Source: Setoptus koraiensis
Lineage: Eukaryota > Animalia > Arthropoda
Assembly: GCA_048013815.1 (NCBI GenBank)
Contig: CM106586.1
Span: 8,432,001-8,496,000 of the forward strand
Length of the DNA: 64,000 bases
Reading direction: 5' to 3'
Below the pieces are notes generated by a model. The model did no database searches. It had not been told where the DNA came from and was given only the letters and a program-made list of their open reading frames with translations. A program made the position numbers and the translations under genes. Shown piece after piece: positions 1 to 12,188 of this stretch. The first letter of the stretch is position 1. Each line of letters opens with the position of its first letter.

Positions 1-2040
1 CCTCTCTGTTTTGTTGTGCGAATTGGCGATAATAAGCGACGGAATGTTGCGCAAAGTTGGCTTCGTTTTGTGCGTTCTCTGGCCGCTCGCGAGCGCCAAC
101 AAACGACTTGGCTCTCTGGCCAATGTCGTGGCCACCGACACGATGGCTCGGAGGCCCGTCGCCGGCCGTCGTGTAACTGTTGCTGTTGCCGTTATGTAAC
201 TGTTGCTGTTGCCGTCATAACGGCATAATCCCTCGAGCTAATGCTCGTTGGCTCGTCGCATGCACAGCTAGCTGTTTTTGTTGGAATCCGGCGAGAAGAA
301 AAGGCTTAACGGCGGCCGTCACTGGCCGGCTATTTGCTGGTCTTGGTCAGTTGCTGGCCAGTTGCGCGCAAGCCCGAGAAACAAAGCAACGCACTAGCCA
401 TGACCATCAAATCTGGCCACCACTTTCGCTTTCGCTCGCCTTCCTCTCGCTCGCTTTATTATTTCGCCTGACAATTGGCAACTAACAGCCAGCAGCCAGC
501 AGCCCACGGCCGGCAACTGCGACCAACAACCACCACAACAGCTTGCAACAAATTGCCACAGCCAAGCCGGCGAGCGCGCAACAAAACGCCAAGCCAAACA
601 ACCGCCGGCACAACAAGCGCCAACTGGACAGGTGAGTAGCGGCCATCCAACGCTTGACCGGCGCCAGCGTACCCGCCAGCGATCAGCTGTGACTGCAAGC
701 CAGCGCAGCGACAGTTGATCGTATAGCATAATATTATATAACATAACATATATTATATAACGTAATATCATGATATAATATAATGAATCTCGATTGACCA
801 TCGACACACACACTAATGCGAGCTGACCAGTGGCTTGCTTCTCGGGATCAGTGGAAACGGACACAGCTGACTGCCGACATTGGCGGCTACGGCCGGCCGT
901 ACAGCCAGAACAGGTTTGGCCGGGCTCGGCGCTGGTCATCGTGGTCCGTTTCAAGTTTGGCTGCCGCTGACCAGTGACAGTTATGCGAACCACATGTGTG
1001 TGTATATGTGGATGGCCAATTATTGAGCGTGATACAAACAGTCGTCGTCCAGTTTTGCTTGCATGCCAAACAGGCAGCGGGCACATTACACACATGGATA
1101 CACCTTGGCATCGCTGGCTTGATAATTCCAATGACGCTTATGGACGAGCCTGTATTTTGCAATGCACACTGGCTTGGCGCGTATGTCAAGCTCGAGAAGG
1201 ACAATGTTATAAATGGCACTATCGCTGGCGGGCTAAAAATAAAGAGAACGGCTGACAAAAATTGCCAGCCACTTGTTGTTTGATGCTTATTGTCGCTTGT
1301 TATTATTACCATTACTATTATTGTTGTTATTATTGCCTATTGGGCAATAATAAATAATTTTTAGGCCTGGCCGGCGCTCACTTGCACTTGTTGGGCGCGC
1401 CTTGCGGTGTATAAATAAATGATTGCGCTCGCCAGACCAACAACGCCTTGCAACAACCACAGCAGCCACAGCAACCACAGCAACCGCAACAACGACAGCA
1501 ACGACAGCAGCCACAGCAACCGCAACAACCACAACAACGACAGCATCGACGGCAGCGAGTTTGTGTCATGTACTTGATGTCAATGATACTCGATGTGCAC
1601 AATCAATGTCGCAATGCCAAACGAAGCCAGCGACAAGTGACAGCGAGACAGACAGCCTGCCAAAGTCAATGGCAAACCGATGGCCACTTGTGGCTGCCAG
1701 TGGCTGCCAGCGGCTCAAAGTGGCTCAAAGTGGCTCAAAGTGGCGCCCCTGTGCAAGTTGCTAAAAAAAGGCTCGCTCGCCAAGGTGTCGCAAGTGTCAG
1801 TGTGGCACTGACAGCGGCACAACTCAGCTGAGTTGGTCGCGAGTTGCCGCAACAGAGTGGCTACAACAACCCGACAAACAATCATAAGTCACACATGTGG
1901 CCAGGTAATGCGCCATTGGGACAGTTATGGCGTGCATGATGTATGTGTCGATATATTGTCGTGTTGCCGGTGCCGTTATCATCATCACAGTCGCTTATTA
2001 ATAGCTGTTCAGTGTGTGAGTCGCCGGCTGTGCAAATTCG

Positions 2041-2133
2041 CTGGCTAGACCGAGTCGCTGACTAGACAAAGTCGCTGGCTGAACAGAGTCGCTGGCTGAA
2101 CAGAGTCGCTGGCTAGACAAATATCGCTGGCTG
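2041..2133. repeat. 17-bp minisatellite, about 5.5 imperfect copies
   Basis: Units such as CTGGCTAGACCGAGTCG / CTGGCTGAACAGAGTCG repeated head-to-tail. Confidence 0.85.
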
Positions 2134-4403
2134 GCATCGCGCGGCCATCACGACACTGAAATGCAGGGGCGAGCAGTGGCTACAAAGTCGTTGTTTTGAT
2201 TCGTTGCCGTCATTAAATCTCACACAAACAGATAATAACATGTCCATATATCCATGCCCGTCAGTACGGACAGGTATACAGCACCCGGCCATGATATACG
2301 TAATACAACCTGAGAGACATAACGGCAACCTATCGAGCCGACGCCGACAATTGATGGCTCTGTGTGTGTTTCAAAGGTAGTGTGTGTGTGTGCGTGTGTG
2401 TGTAGCCAGACGGCGGGCCGTTATCAAAAAGTGAAAGTTTCAAAGTTAACAACCTTAACTGCTCACAAGCAGCCCTCTATTGAACAGCATAACTGTCTAG
2501 CGACTCGCTAGCAGTGCGACTGCGCACAGGTGAGCAGCACCGCATGAACAGGTGAGCAGCACGGCATGCAACAGGTGAGCTCGATATTGATAATGGCAAT
2601 AGATCAATCACTCAATGAATGGACATTGAGAGCTGTGTGTGTGTGTGTCGGCCCAAATCGGCAACGTTCGACCTTGACATGCAACTTATCTGTGTATAAT
2701 CTGAATGGCGAGCTCGCTTGCTGGCGGCCCGAGCCCGTCTAGCTTGCCAGTGCGAGCGTGTGTCGGCCAAGCCAGGAGGAAGTTGCCGCTTCTTCTTCTT
2801 GTGTCTTTTGGTCCGTTCAATGTTTTCATCATTTCCATCACTCTTCTCAGCGCCGTGCCTTGCCAACGCAAAACGAGTTACCTGTTGAGTGGTTGCCACA
2901 CTTTTGTTGCAAATAATAGCGAGCGCGATGGAAACGAGCACGAAAATATCAATTAATTAATTGGCCGGAGCGCCAGCTTGTTTGGCCGGCCGGCCGGCCG
3001 CTCGCCAACAACATCGGCCCGTCAGCAACGTCGGCCCGCCAACAACAATGGGCTAATAATCATTCAACTGGCCACAACGGCAGCTATTCACAGCGGCTAT
3101 TTGCAACAACGGCAGCCGGCCCGGTGAGCGTTGGCCCGCGGCCGGCGGCCCGTTTAGGTCAGCAATTGTTACAGTGGCCACCACCTTTGGCGCCACCGTA
3201 ACCGTCGCTGGTAGCAACCGTCGCTGGTAGCTCGCCGTGTGCGAGATTAACGGTGCGCGATTAACGGCGTGCCAGCTTGCCAGCCCGGCTAGCTTGCCAT
3301 TTTGGCTGCCACTGGGCCAGTCAAAATGGCGCTAGGGTCAGCGCAAAGATGAGTTGAGTCGGGCGAGCAAAGTCGAGCTGAGCCGAGCCGGTTGTAATCA
3401 ATTAACGTTATTAGTAGTCACAGTTTAGTGAGTGCCAGAAGTCGTTGTGCGGCCTGATATTTTAGTTGGTCGCTTTATTTGTTGGCCGGCCCGAGTGTGT
3501 TGTTAATGTCCATTAATATCACACACTCACAGTCCATGATTCATTTCATGGGCAGCGATATAGGTGGCGAGAATGAGAGATTGCCGTTGTTGTTGCCGTT
3601 GTTGTTGCTGCTGTTGCCGCTGCCGTTAGTGCCATGTCCATGTTGGACATGTGTTAACAAAAAACAAACAGCAACAACAAACAAAAAGCGGCCACTCGCA
3701 ACCAATTTACCCTTGTCCAATAAATAACTAAAGTTCATTAGAGTAATGGAGGTGAAATAGAGAGAGAGAGAGAGACGCAGTCAAGTTTAACAAGCAGCCG
3801 CATCTACCTGTGCGGCTATAACCTGCCGTAGTTGCCATAGTATATAAATACGGTATAAAATACAGGCAAAAAGAGCTTATTTATTTCTCCGCTTATTATG
3901 CAATCCATTGTGTGTGTGCGTGTGTGTGTGTGTGTGTGTATTCCCCGTTAACAGGCCAGCCAGGCCCCTGTAGCTAGTTTGAGTGCTGTCATAATTATAC
4001 TGTTTGTACTGCACTTGCACTTGTTGCTGTTGCCAATTTTGTTCGAATTAAAATTACTCTCGCTGAACCCGCGACAGAGCCGACATTAAACAGCGAGACA
4101 GATATTGTAGAGGTTGTTGAACTTGAATCGACGGTGTGATATCGATGAATATTGCACTGTCTATTTCTCAAAGTTTGCTTATTCATTATCTCGAGTGCAA
4201 CAACGACAGCAGCAGCAACAACAACAACAACAACAGCAGCAAGCCGCAACTGACAGTTGCGAATGGTGCACGCATATTCTAATTACGGCGTGTCCATCGA
4301 TCAGCGCTCATTTGAGCCAATCCCAATCAAACAGCTGACGCAAGCTGACCATTTGACAAGCCGCGTCGTTGGGCCATCGATGAATGTTTGTCCATCCGTT
4401 CCG

Positions 4404-4468
4404 TTCGAAGGCTGTGAGCAAATTCGAAGGCGATAGCGCAATTCGAAGGCGATAACGCAATTCGAAGG
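4404..4468. repeat. 19-bp-period repeat with constant TTCGAAGG core, 4 copies
   Basis: TTCGAAGG at 4404, 4423, 4442 and 4461. Confidence 0.85.
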
Positions 4469-7400
4469 CAAAGACACTGGCGAGCCAATCACTTATTGAA
4501 ATGATTACCGTTCCATCCAATGGCGCCTTCTTTCCGAAACAAATTCGCCCGACGAGAAGCACAAGAGAAGCGAGATAAAGAGAAAAAGATAAAAGCGAAA
4601 GGGAAAGGCAAAGGCAAAAATGTACCTGTGACACTCACTGGCTAATGTGAGTGCTCTTAGCTTGATGTGTCGATCAATCAATCGTTACATTTGATTTCCT
4701 GCTAGGCTGGACATGAATGATTATCATTCATAGTTGACCTCTAAGTCGATAATAATTCAATGGGCTGCTTGCTTGGCTGCCCAAAACACAACAGGCAAAC
4801 ATCGCACGGGCAATCTCGATCTGATTGCAGTGACACGAAAGAGTTATTGACATTAGCAGCAGTATGCACCCTGCTATCTAATTAATCTAATTATCGCTGC
4901 TTGAACCAAAGATTTTTTCTCCTACTTTTGCTCTTGTTATTATTATTATCATTATTTGCCTACATAGCTTGACACAGCATTCCCCATCAACAATTACAAG
5001 ATAAGCTCAAGATTAACGAGTGCCGGTCAAAGAGCTTTGACTGCGCGCCAATCTTGGCGTCAACGTGATTCACTGAAGTTTATTATTATTCGACCGGCTA
5101 ATCGTTTAAACGAAGGTGTGTGTAAGCTAATCCATTTAATGAAAATAGATGGATAAACACGGAATCATTGTTATCATTATCTCATCGTTCATCACATATG
5201 CCACATCACGTATATATTGTTGTCTATTCTTACGTAATATGTTCTGCTGCTACATGCTCTTTTTGCCTTTACCAACGTGCCCAACTTGAGCACTTACGAC
5301 TCACAACTTACACACAACTAATTAATTGTTGTTATCGGTAAGTCGATCTCAATATAAATATAAACACATCTTACCAATATTGCCAATGCGACAATAAATT
5401 CAGTTCAGGTCGCGCGCTTGTTTTGTTGTTGATCAACTTTGATCTCGCTCGCTCGCTTTCTTGCTTTCTCGCGCCAATCTCGTTACAAAAGACAGAGAGA
5501 GAGAGAGAGAGAGTCTCGTACTTATTTCAAAAAAGTTATTTGTTGTCGAACGAATTCTTTATTATTATTCGTTATTACATAATAGTATTAGTTATCGGCG
5601 ACAAACAATAGACCCAGTAGCGCGTCATTAAATGATCAATGGCCTTGTCAATACTAAATACTCACACTCATCTTTGCTGTTGCGAGCGACCCCTGACGCT
5701 CTCTCAATCGCTAATTACACAAAACTCACTCCCTCTCTCTAATTAATTAACTATTAATATTAATGGCGCGATGAGTACCAAGCATGTGACACGACAAAAG
5801 TAGCGACTAGTAAGTCTGTTGTCAAGGATGTTGACCAGATAATGGCGGAGAAAGTTAAATGGTGAAAAATCTAGATCTATCGAGAGAGAATGTTGTTGTT
5901 GTTGTCGACGACGACGATGTCTGGCATCAATTGTGTCAGTCTGATCTGTTACATCAATGATCGAGGATAAATCAGCAAACCGGTATCAGCCAGAAAGGAA
6001 CTAGATCTCTCTCTTGGAGCGATATCTGTACATCAGAGCTAACACGAGTAGTATGACCATAATGATGATATTGCCTGATCGGATTGAGATAAACATGAAA
6101 CTGTATCACTGTATTCAACATTTTGTATAATATGTATATTATTACTACAATCAGTGAAACAACAATTGTTATTAGTCGAATTGGAAATTGGTAGAAATTT
6201 CTCGCTACAGTCCTACTTTGCCAGCTATTAATAATACATATCATCATTTTATATGTATATAAAATAGATTATTTTTATATATATGTGTCGTCATTGTCAT
6301 TGGCTAAATATATAATTATAGTAATAATAAATGATGATGGTATTAGCATCAACAATAATAGTAACAGGATGAAAACCCACGTATATAAAAATCTAGTCTA
6401 TACTGTTTAGAGAGAAGTTCATTATTACAGAGACTTTCTATTTACTACTATCATCGCTATAGTATTAACAACAAGAGCAAATCTTGATTTGGCGATCATT
6501 ATCGACTGTGGCAATGCCTACGAATCTCTATACTAAACAAGACTGGTAGTAGTAACAGAGAATGTAGTATTGTTTATAAACAATAAACTTTTGATATAAT
6601 TGATAGATAACATAGGCAACCTATGTGTGACATCAGTGTCACCCTCTCGAAACTATTTCAATACGATCAAAATGTGTAAGTTATTGTCAACATAACGATC
6701 AAATTGTATCCATGTTGATCCATTTGATCACATGCCTAGTAATTCGATACTATCGATTCGATAGACACAACAACAACAATACAATTTAATAGTAATAATA
6801 ATATAAAATAACAAATAAACAGATACGGTAGTGAGTGAGTGCAATCTCTGCTAGTGTCGATTGATGGATCCGCTCATCATTAGTTGGCAGTTAATTAGAT
6901 CAACTACCAACGAAGTCCATCAAGATCGAAATCGTTTTTGAGGCCGGCTCTTTGGATTAGCGCCTTCCCGTGTGTGATTCTTCACTTTGATATCGTCTAG
7001 TTTTGGTTATATTCAATTATCTGCTTTCTACCGATCAATACAATGTATTTCAATCAGTCTCAAGCCACTCATTGTCTAAAACCAATCAGCCAATCGATAC
7101 CGGTCTCGGCGTGATGATCTGAAGCAAAACAAGTATATATTGTCGTGAATTGTTTGTTGTCTACCAATTGGCTATAGTATGCAGGTTGTTCCGGCAAAAA
7201 TGACTAAACCGATAGTTGGAGTTGGCGGGCAAGATGACGACAAGGAACTCAGTTGTTTCTATTTCTTCACCTGCCTGTTGCTCTACTGATATGGTATTAA
7301 TAGGAGGAGTATGAGTAATCAATGTCTAATGATGGCTCATCTACCGCAGGCGCTGAACTTGTATATTTCGCATTGAGCGACAAATTTCATCTACAGGCCT

Positions 7401-8487
7401 GATCAATTGATATTTTTTGTATGCCTATACGAATGCGAGTGTGTATATTCAAGTTATTTTGAGTATCCCTAAATAAAGTCTCGTCAATTAGGTTGGGCAT
7501 TTTTGGCGCATTGTGCTTTGATTTCTGTCCATGACTGATTTTTCTGGCTAGACTCCAGTGACAGGCACTGATTGATCGAGCTAGCCCAGGCAGCACAAGC
7601 ACTGTCACGGGCAAATGACAGTTGACAAATTAGGTATACAATCAGTGCTCAGCATGCTAGACGGTATAAAATCCAGCGACGTGTAGCGATGTGGCTGTCA
7701 GATGAACCATGTTTTAATAGCGGCCAAGTCGACGCCAGCACTAGTCACTCGTGGTAATTTAGCCAAATTTATAATTAAGGGCTCACATGTTGTTAGTTAT
7801 AATTTCACAATGACCCATTGATATCCCAAGAGGCATCGTCGTTCAAGCCGTCGATTCACGCGACACCGACACCCACCGGCCCATGATGGTCCCCAACTAT
7901 TGATCAAAATAAGTAGACTACTATTTTGATTAGTCCGACAGGCACCAAAATAAAAGAAGAATCCTCTTCTAGAAGAATAACCCAACAAAAAGAGTTATAT
8001 GAATCAAACAATGGCAAACAACAGTTGTTAGAGCAACTTGTATTGAGTAGCACTATTATAGTATAGAGCCGCCGCCGCCGCCGCTTATCTCAATATATCG
8101 AGTCACTTTTGGAAGGTTGCTCTAGCGCCAATATTGTTGTACATTATATTGTATATCTCGCTTATCTAACAAACGATGACACCATCATACAACAGCATGA
8201 AATGAATATGTATAGAGCGGCAATCTAACTTAGTTGTTCAGTCTCACCACTGCGAGTACCGACAGACATTAGTATAGTTAGTATAGTGTGCAATAACAAT
8301 TGTTGTTGTTACAACTAAACTGCCTATATTACACAAGCCGCAAACACACTAAGGCTACATATACTCCAGTTTGGTCGACCTCGAACATTGAAACACAAAA
8401 AGTGTTTGTGCTCGTCATTACTGTTGTTATTATTAATATATCACCACGTTGGATCATCATCAAACGGTGCCAAACACCAGCCACAAC

Positions 8488-10014
8488 ATGATTCGAACCC
8501 ACCTTGATATGATTCCTCACTATGATCAGAATCAGCAGCAGCACCAATTAGATCAGCAACAGATACCAGCCGATTGTCCATGTCCCAAACGGATGCGACG
8601 ACAGCACCGCCAGCAAGCAACGGTGGCCTTCGGCAGTCACAATAGTAATCAATCGTCTAATCTAAATGTGTACAATTGTGTTCAACAACAACAACACCAA
8701 CTAACTGATTGTGTCAATTTGAAATCAGAGCAATTAAAATCTCTACGCGAACTCGAAGATCTCTATGTAAAAGAAAGTAGATGGCACCCCAAACTGAGTT
8801 GGAGTTATCAACCTTGTAGGAGAGCGGCATCGTTGTACTCAACAGCGAGCGACGAATCCATCCAAGCCCAAAATCAAATACACTTAGACGAGGACCAAGA
8901 GGACGACAAGGAATTCTCAAGCAAATTAAATAATGCCAATAATAATGGTCAGTTGATATCCACGTCAACCACTTCCACCACTGACAATTCAACACAACGA
9001 CAGAACAGAAATATTAATAATAACAGAATACAACTCAGAGGAACATCGATTAAGAGTTACCACCAGGAAGTTACAAGTGATAGCTGTATCTCCCTGGATA
9101 GTGATAATGCTATTGATGGAATGCCTCAGCAACAATTGTTGAATTACAATACAAATCTCAGAAATTGTCCAATTGTTGCTGCTAACAATGACGCTGCTAC
9201 TGCCCATCTGTTGTCAGACAAACAATCACAATATAGCTCAATCAATATTAGGCGCGCTTATTCATCAAGCGGACGTGGCAATAGTGATAGTATAGAATTT
9301 GTCAAATGGCCATATCACTTCAATTTGTCCCAAAACAAGGTGCCCAAAGATGACAACACAGATAAAAACAACGCGCCCCCAGTCAACAGTCTACAGAAGA
9401 ACAACAATGATCAACAACAGTGCCATTTGTCGGCTGCCACGGCCTGTCAGCAAGCTACAACAACCATCAACACACACAAATTAGATAATCAAATACAAGC
9501 TAGCGCGGGTGTCTCAACTTGGCAAAGGCTAACCGATAAAATTTACCCTCTAATAACGGCAGGTAACGGCAACAGCTTTTTGGGCGGTCCGGGAATGCCC
9601 AGTAATAGCTCGGATCAACACGAAAAAATCCCGTTGATGAACGGTGACGACCAGATCAACATGTGCAATCCTGTGGTCACAGTAAAAAATAATAACGGTA
9701 ATGAGGCCAAATTCAACTATGATACTGGCGTGAGGGTTAGTTCCAAGAATGTAACCAGTTATGGATCGTCGAGCGTCATCACACAAACAAATGAAAAAAA
9801 AGCAGCCATTCATAACAGGCCAGATTGTTCTATTTTGATTGACATGAAAGCCACTGATCAGCAAGTAGCTCAAATCAAACATGAACAGTCTCCGTTAAAT
9901 AGTAGATTGTTTGGTGATATAGAGGAACAAAAACGCTTCAAGAGATCACTGGCGATCCTCTTTTTTCTCTCCATCATTTTGATTACAGGTTTGGCATCGT
10001 TCATAATTCGATAA
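8488..10014 (+). CDS. Hypothetical Q/N/S-rich protein (about 508 aa from first ATG) with a C-terminal hydrophobic, probably transmembrane, segment; may have further exons
   Basis: 1.5-kb open frame in AT-rich DNA; ends KRFKRSLAILFFLSIILITGLASFIIR (basic residues then about 20 hydrophobic residues). No family motif recognised. The ORF track starts at TTG 8449; first ATG is 8488. Confidence 0.55.
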   Translation: MIRTHLDMIPHYDQNQQQHQLDQQQIPADCPCPKRMRRQHRQQATVAFGSHNSNQSSNLNVYNCVQQQQHQLTDCVNLKSEQLKSLRELEDLYVKESRWHPKLSWSYQPCRRAASLYSTASDESIQAQNQIHLDEDQEDDKEFSSKLNNANNNGQLISTSTTSTTDNSTQRQNRNINNNRIQLRGTSIKSYHQEVTSDSCISLDSDNAIDGMPQQQLLNYNTNLRNCPIVAANNDAATAHLLSDKQSQYSSINIRRAYSSSGRGNSDSIEFVKWPYHFNLSQNKVPKDDNTDKNNAPPVNSLQKNNNDQQQCHLSAATACQQATTTINTHKLDNQIQASAGVSTWQRLTDKIYPLITAGNGNSFLGGPGMPSNSSDQHEKIPLMNGDDQINMCNPVVTVKNNNGNEAKFNYDTGVRVSSKNVTSYGSSSVITQTNEKKAAIHNRPDCSILIDMKATDQQVAQIKHEQSPLNSRLFGDIEEQKRFKRSLAILFFLSIILITGLASFIIR

Positions 10015-11747
10015 TAATCATGTTTAAATATATATATATACGCAGTAAATAGACGTCATGACAATATGTATATATATATATATATAACTGGAGGATATGT
10101 TATGCGTGTTTGACTATGTGTATGACCAAGGAACAATATGTTTGCTTGGATTACCTTTAACGCCAGCAATGTTTTACATTCGCAATGTTGATACTAATGC
10201 GTAATAATAATAATAGTAATAATAATGATTACTTCTGACACACAACTTCACCACCATCGAATTCAAAATACAGTTTCTGAATAACAGGCGAAACAAGTTT
10301 GAAACATTTTGATTCTCTCGCATTCCATATGTATGATCGAATAAAATAAACAAAACTTTGCCGCATCAACAATAGAGTCACTCTGTTTGACTTATTTAGA
10401 TCCAAACAGGATATATTTTGTGCCTTCCAGTCTCTTCTATTTGTTGGTAACAAGACTTAGACGCTTTCTGTATTCTTGGAAATACTCAGATAGGAATGCT
10501 CAACGTAGCAATCAATTCAATCGAAAAATTAATAATGCAACATTAGAGCAGTTAGAAATAAATCGTCGCAGTGATAATCGGTTTGCCAGGCTACGAACAC
10601 ATGGTAGTACATGAAATCAATAAGTGCACGAGGGCATGAATAATGAATGCTCCCGTTCTACATCCCAGTTCGACTCGAATGGATATTATCAAATGATCGG
10701 CAATAAATTCTCGTGATCCGTTTCTTTGGCCTTATAAATGTTAGAACAATTAGATAAAATAAATATCTACATGTATTATAAATAATAATAATAACAACAA
10801 GTATCCCTAAATCGCATGGCTTCACGAATGGTCAGTCTGTCGTCTGGACTTGGTCATTAGTTGACAGATGAGAGCAGCTGATTAGTGGACACTGAATGAA
10901 TTGTGCAGTATTGTGTTTGGCGCAGTGCGTGCGAAGGAATTTGTGTGCGCCTGCTCACAAATCCACACTGTCAACTGTAATCAGATTGTGTCTGCGTGCC
11001 GCGCTCTGCGTCAGTCAGTGCATACAATACATTGCTTACATAACTCATACATATAAATTATTGTATGATGTATGATGTAAGTGTACAATCGTATTGTATT
11101 AACACAATTGTTTTTATTATCCCTCTACCACCAGTGGTGTTATGCAAGCACCACAACAAGGCGGTTAGACGAGAGAATTTTCGATGGCATCCGTCGGAAT
11201 TGCCGTGAAGCCAGTGCGGGCGATTGGCTTCCATGGGTCTATCTGCACTACTGTAGCTCTCCAGCGGGATCCAACTTGCCGAGCCAGTGTGAGCCTGTGA
11301 ATCTGTTGTTGTTGTTGTCATCTCATCATCATGATAGCTAGACAGTAGGGTATATTTGACAACAATAACAACGAGCGCAATCGATGATTTCTCGTCGATT
11401 GCGTGTGTGCTCGCATTGAGTCATGTTGGTTTTAGTGAGGGAATTTGCGATGATGAGCGAGCGAAATAAATGTGCATTGTTTAGGGTGCACAGAAAAATT
11501 GAACAATTACACGTTACAAGTATACAAGCAGAAACATGATTGTGTGTGTGTGTGTGTGTTGAACAACAGAAAACAAAAAACAAATTGAGCGATAGGGAGA
11601 AAAAAAAAAGAAATCAAGATAATCATCATTACATTGACATTAGCTAATCAATTATCGGGATATTGTAAAATACATTCTCGTCTGGGATGAATACAAATCT
11701 ATACAGCATTAAATCACTCTTTGTTAGACATTTGCACAAACACAAAT

Positions 11748-11758
11748 ACACACACTCT

Positions 11759-11827
<69 letters not shown>
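11748..11827. repeat. (CA)n microsatellite, interrupted
   Basis: Direct reading of the sequence. Confidence 0.95.
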
Positions 11828-11832
<5 letters not shown>

Positions 11833-12188
11833 AACAAACAAAGCATTAAACTATCAATTGCTTATATAGCTGACGGGAAATCCTACTCCTCCAATATATA
11901 TCAATATATAGCCAGTTACCTAATTACTCCAAATATAAGTAATACAACACACACTAGCATCAACATATGCACATACTGTTAATATTATCACAACATTCGA
12001 GTAGCATCCATCTATTATCATTCGTGCTACCATTCGGCTATCAAGCATCACCAATTCGATCATTATTAGAATCGTACATATTGAAACAAAATCATAATAG
12101 TTACTACTAATACCATTATTTGCTCCACATACTCCTCCACACCTCATGAACAGTATCAACAGCATCAATAATCATAACAACAACAACA

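Noticed and set aside
3541-3738. Minus-strand ORF with a signal-peptide-like stretch and PPISL
   Set aside because: Hydrophobic part derives from a GTT/TTT repeat; short; splice signals around it fit a UTR exon equally well.
1-4700. Many 60-245 aa ORFs on both strands
   Set aside because: Driven by trinucleotide and dinucleotide repeats and GC-rich composition; no domain motifs; mostly non-ATG starts.
5745-5985. Minus-strand frame RHRRRRQQQQHSLSIDLDFSPFNFLRHYL resembling a CRF-like diuretic hormone after a basic cleavage site
   Set aside because: Similarity is limited to SLSIDL..LR; no amidation signal, no linked signal-peptide exon, an upstream in-frame stop, and part of it is simple repeat.
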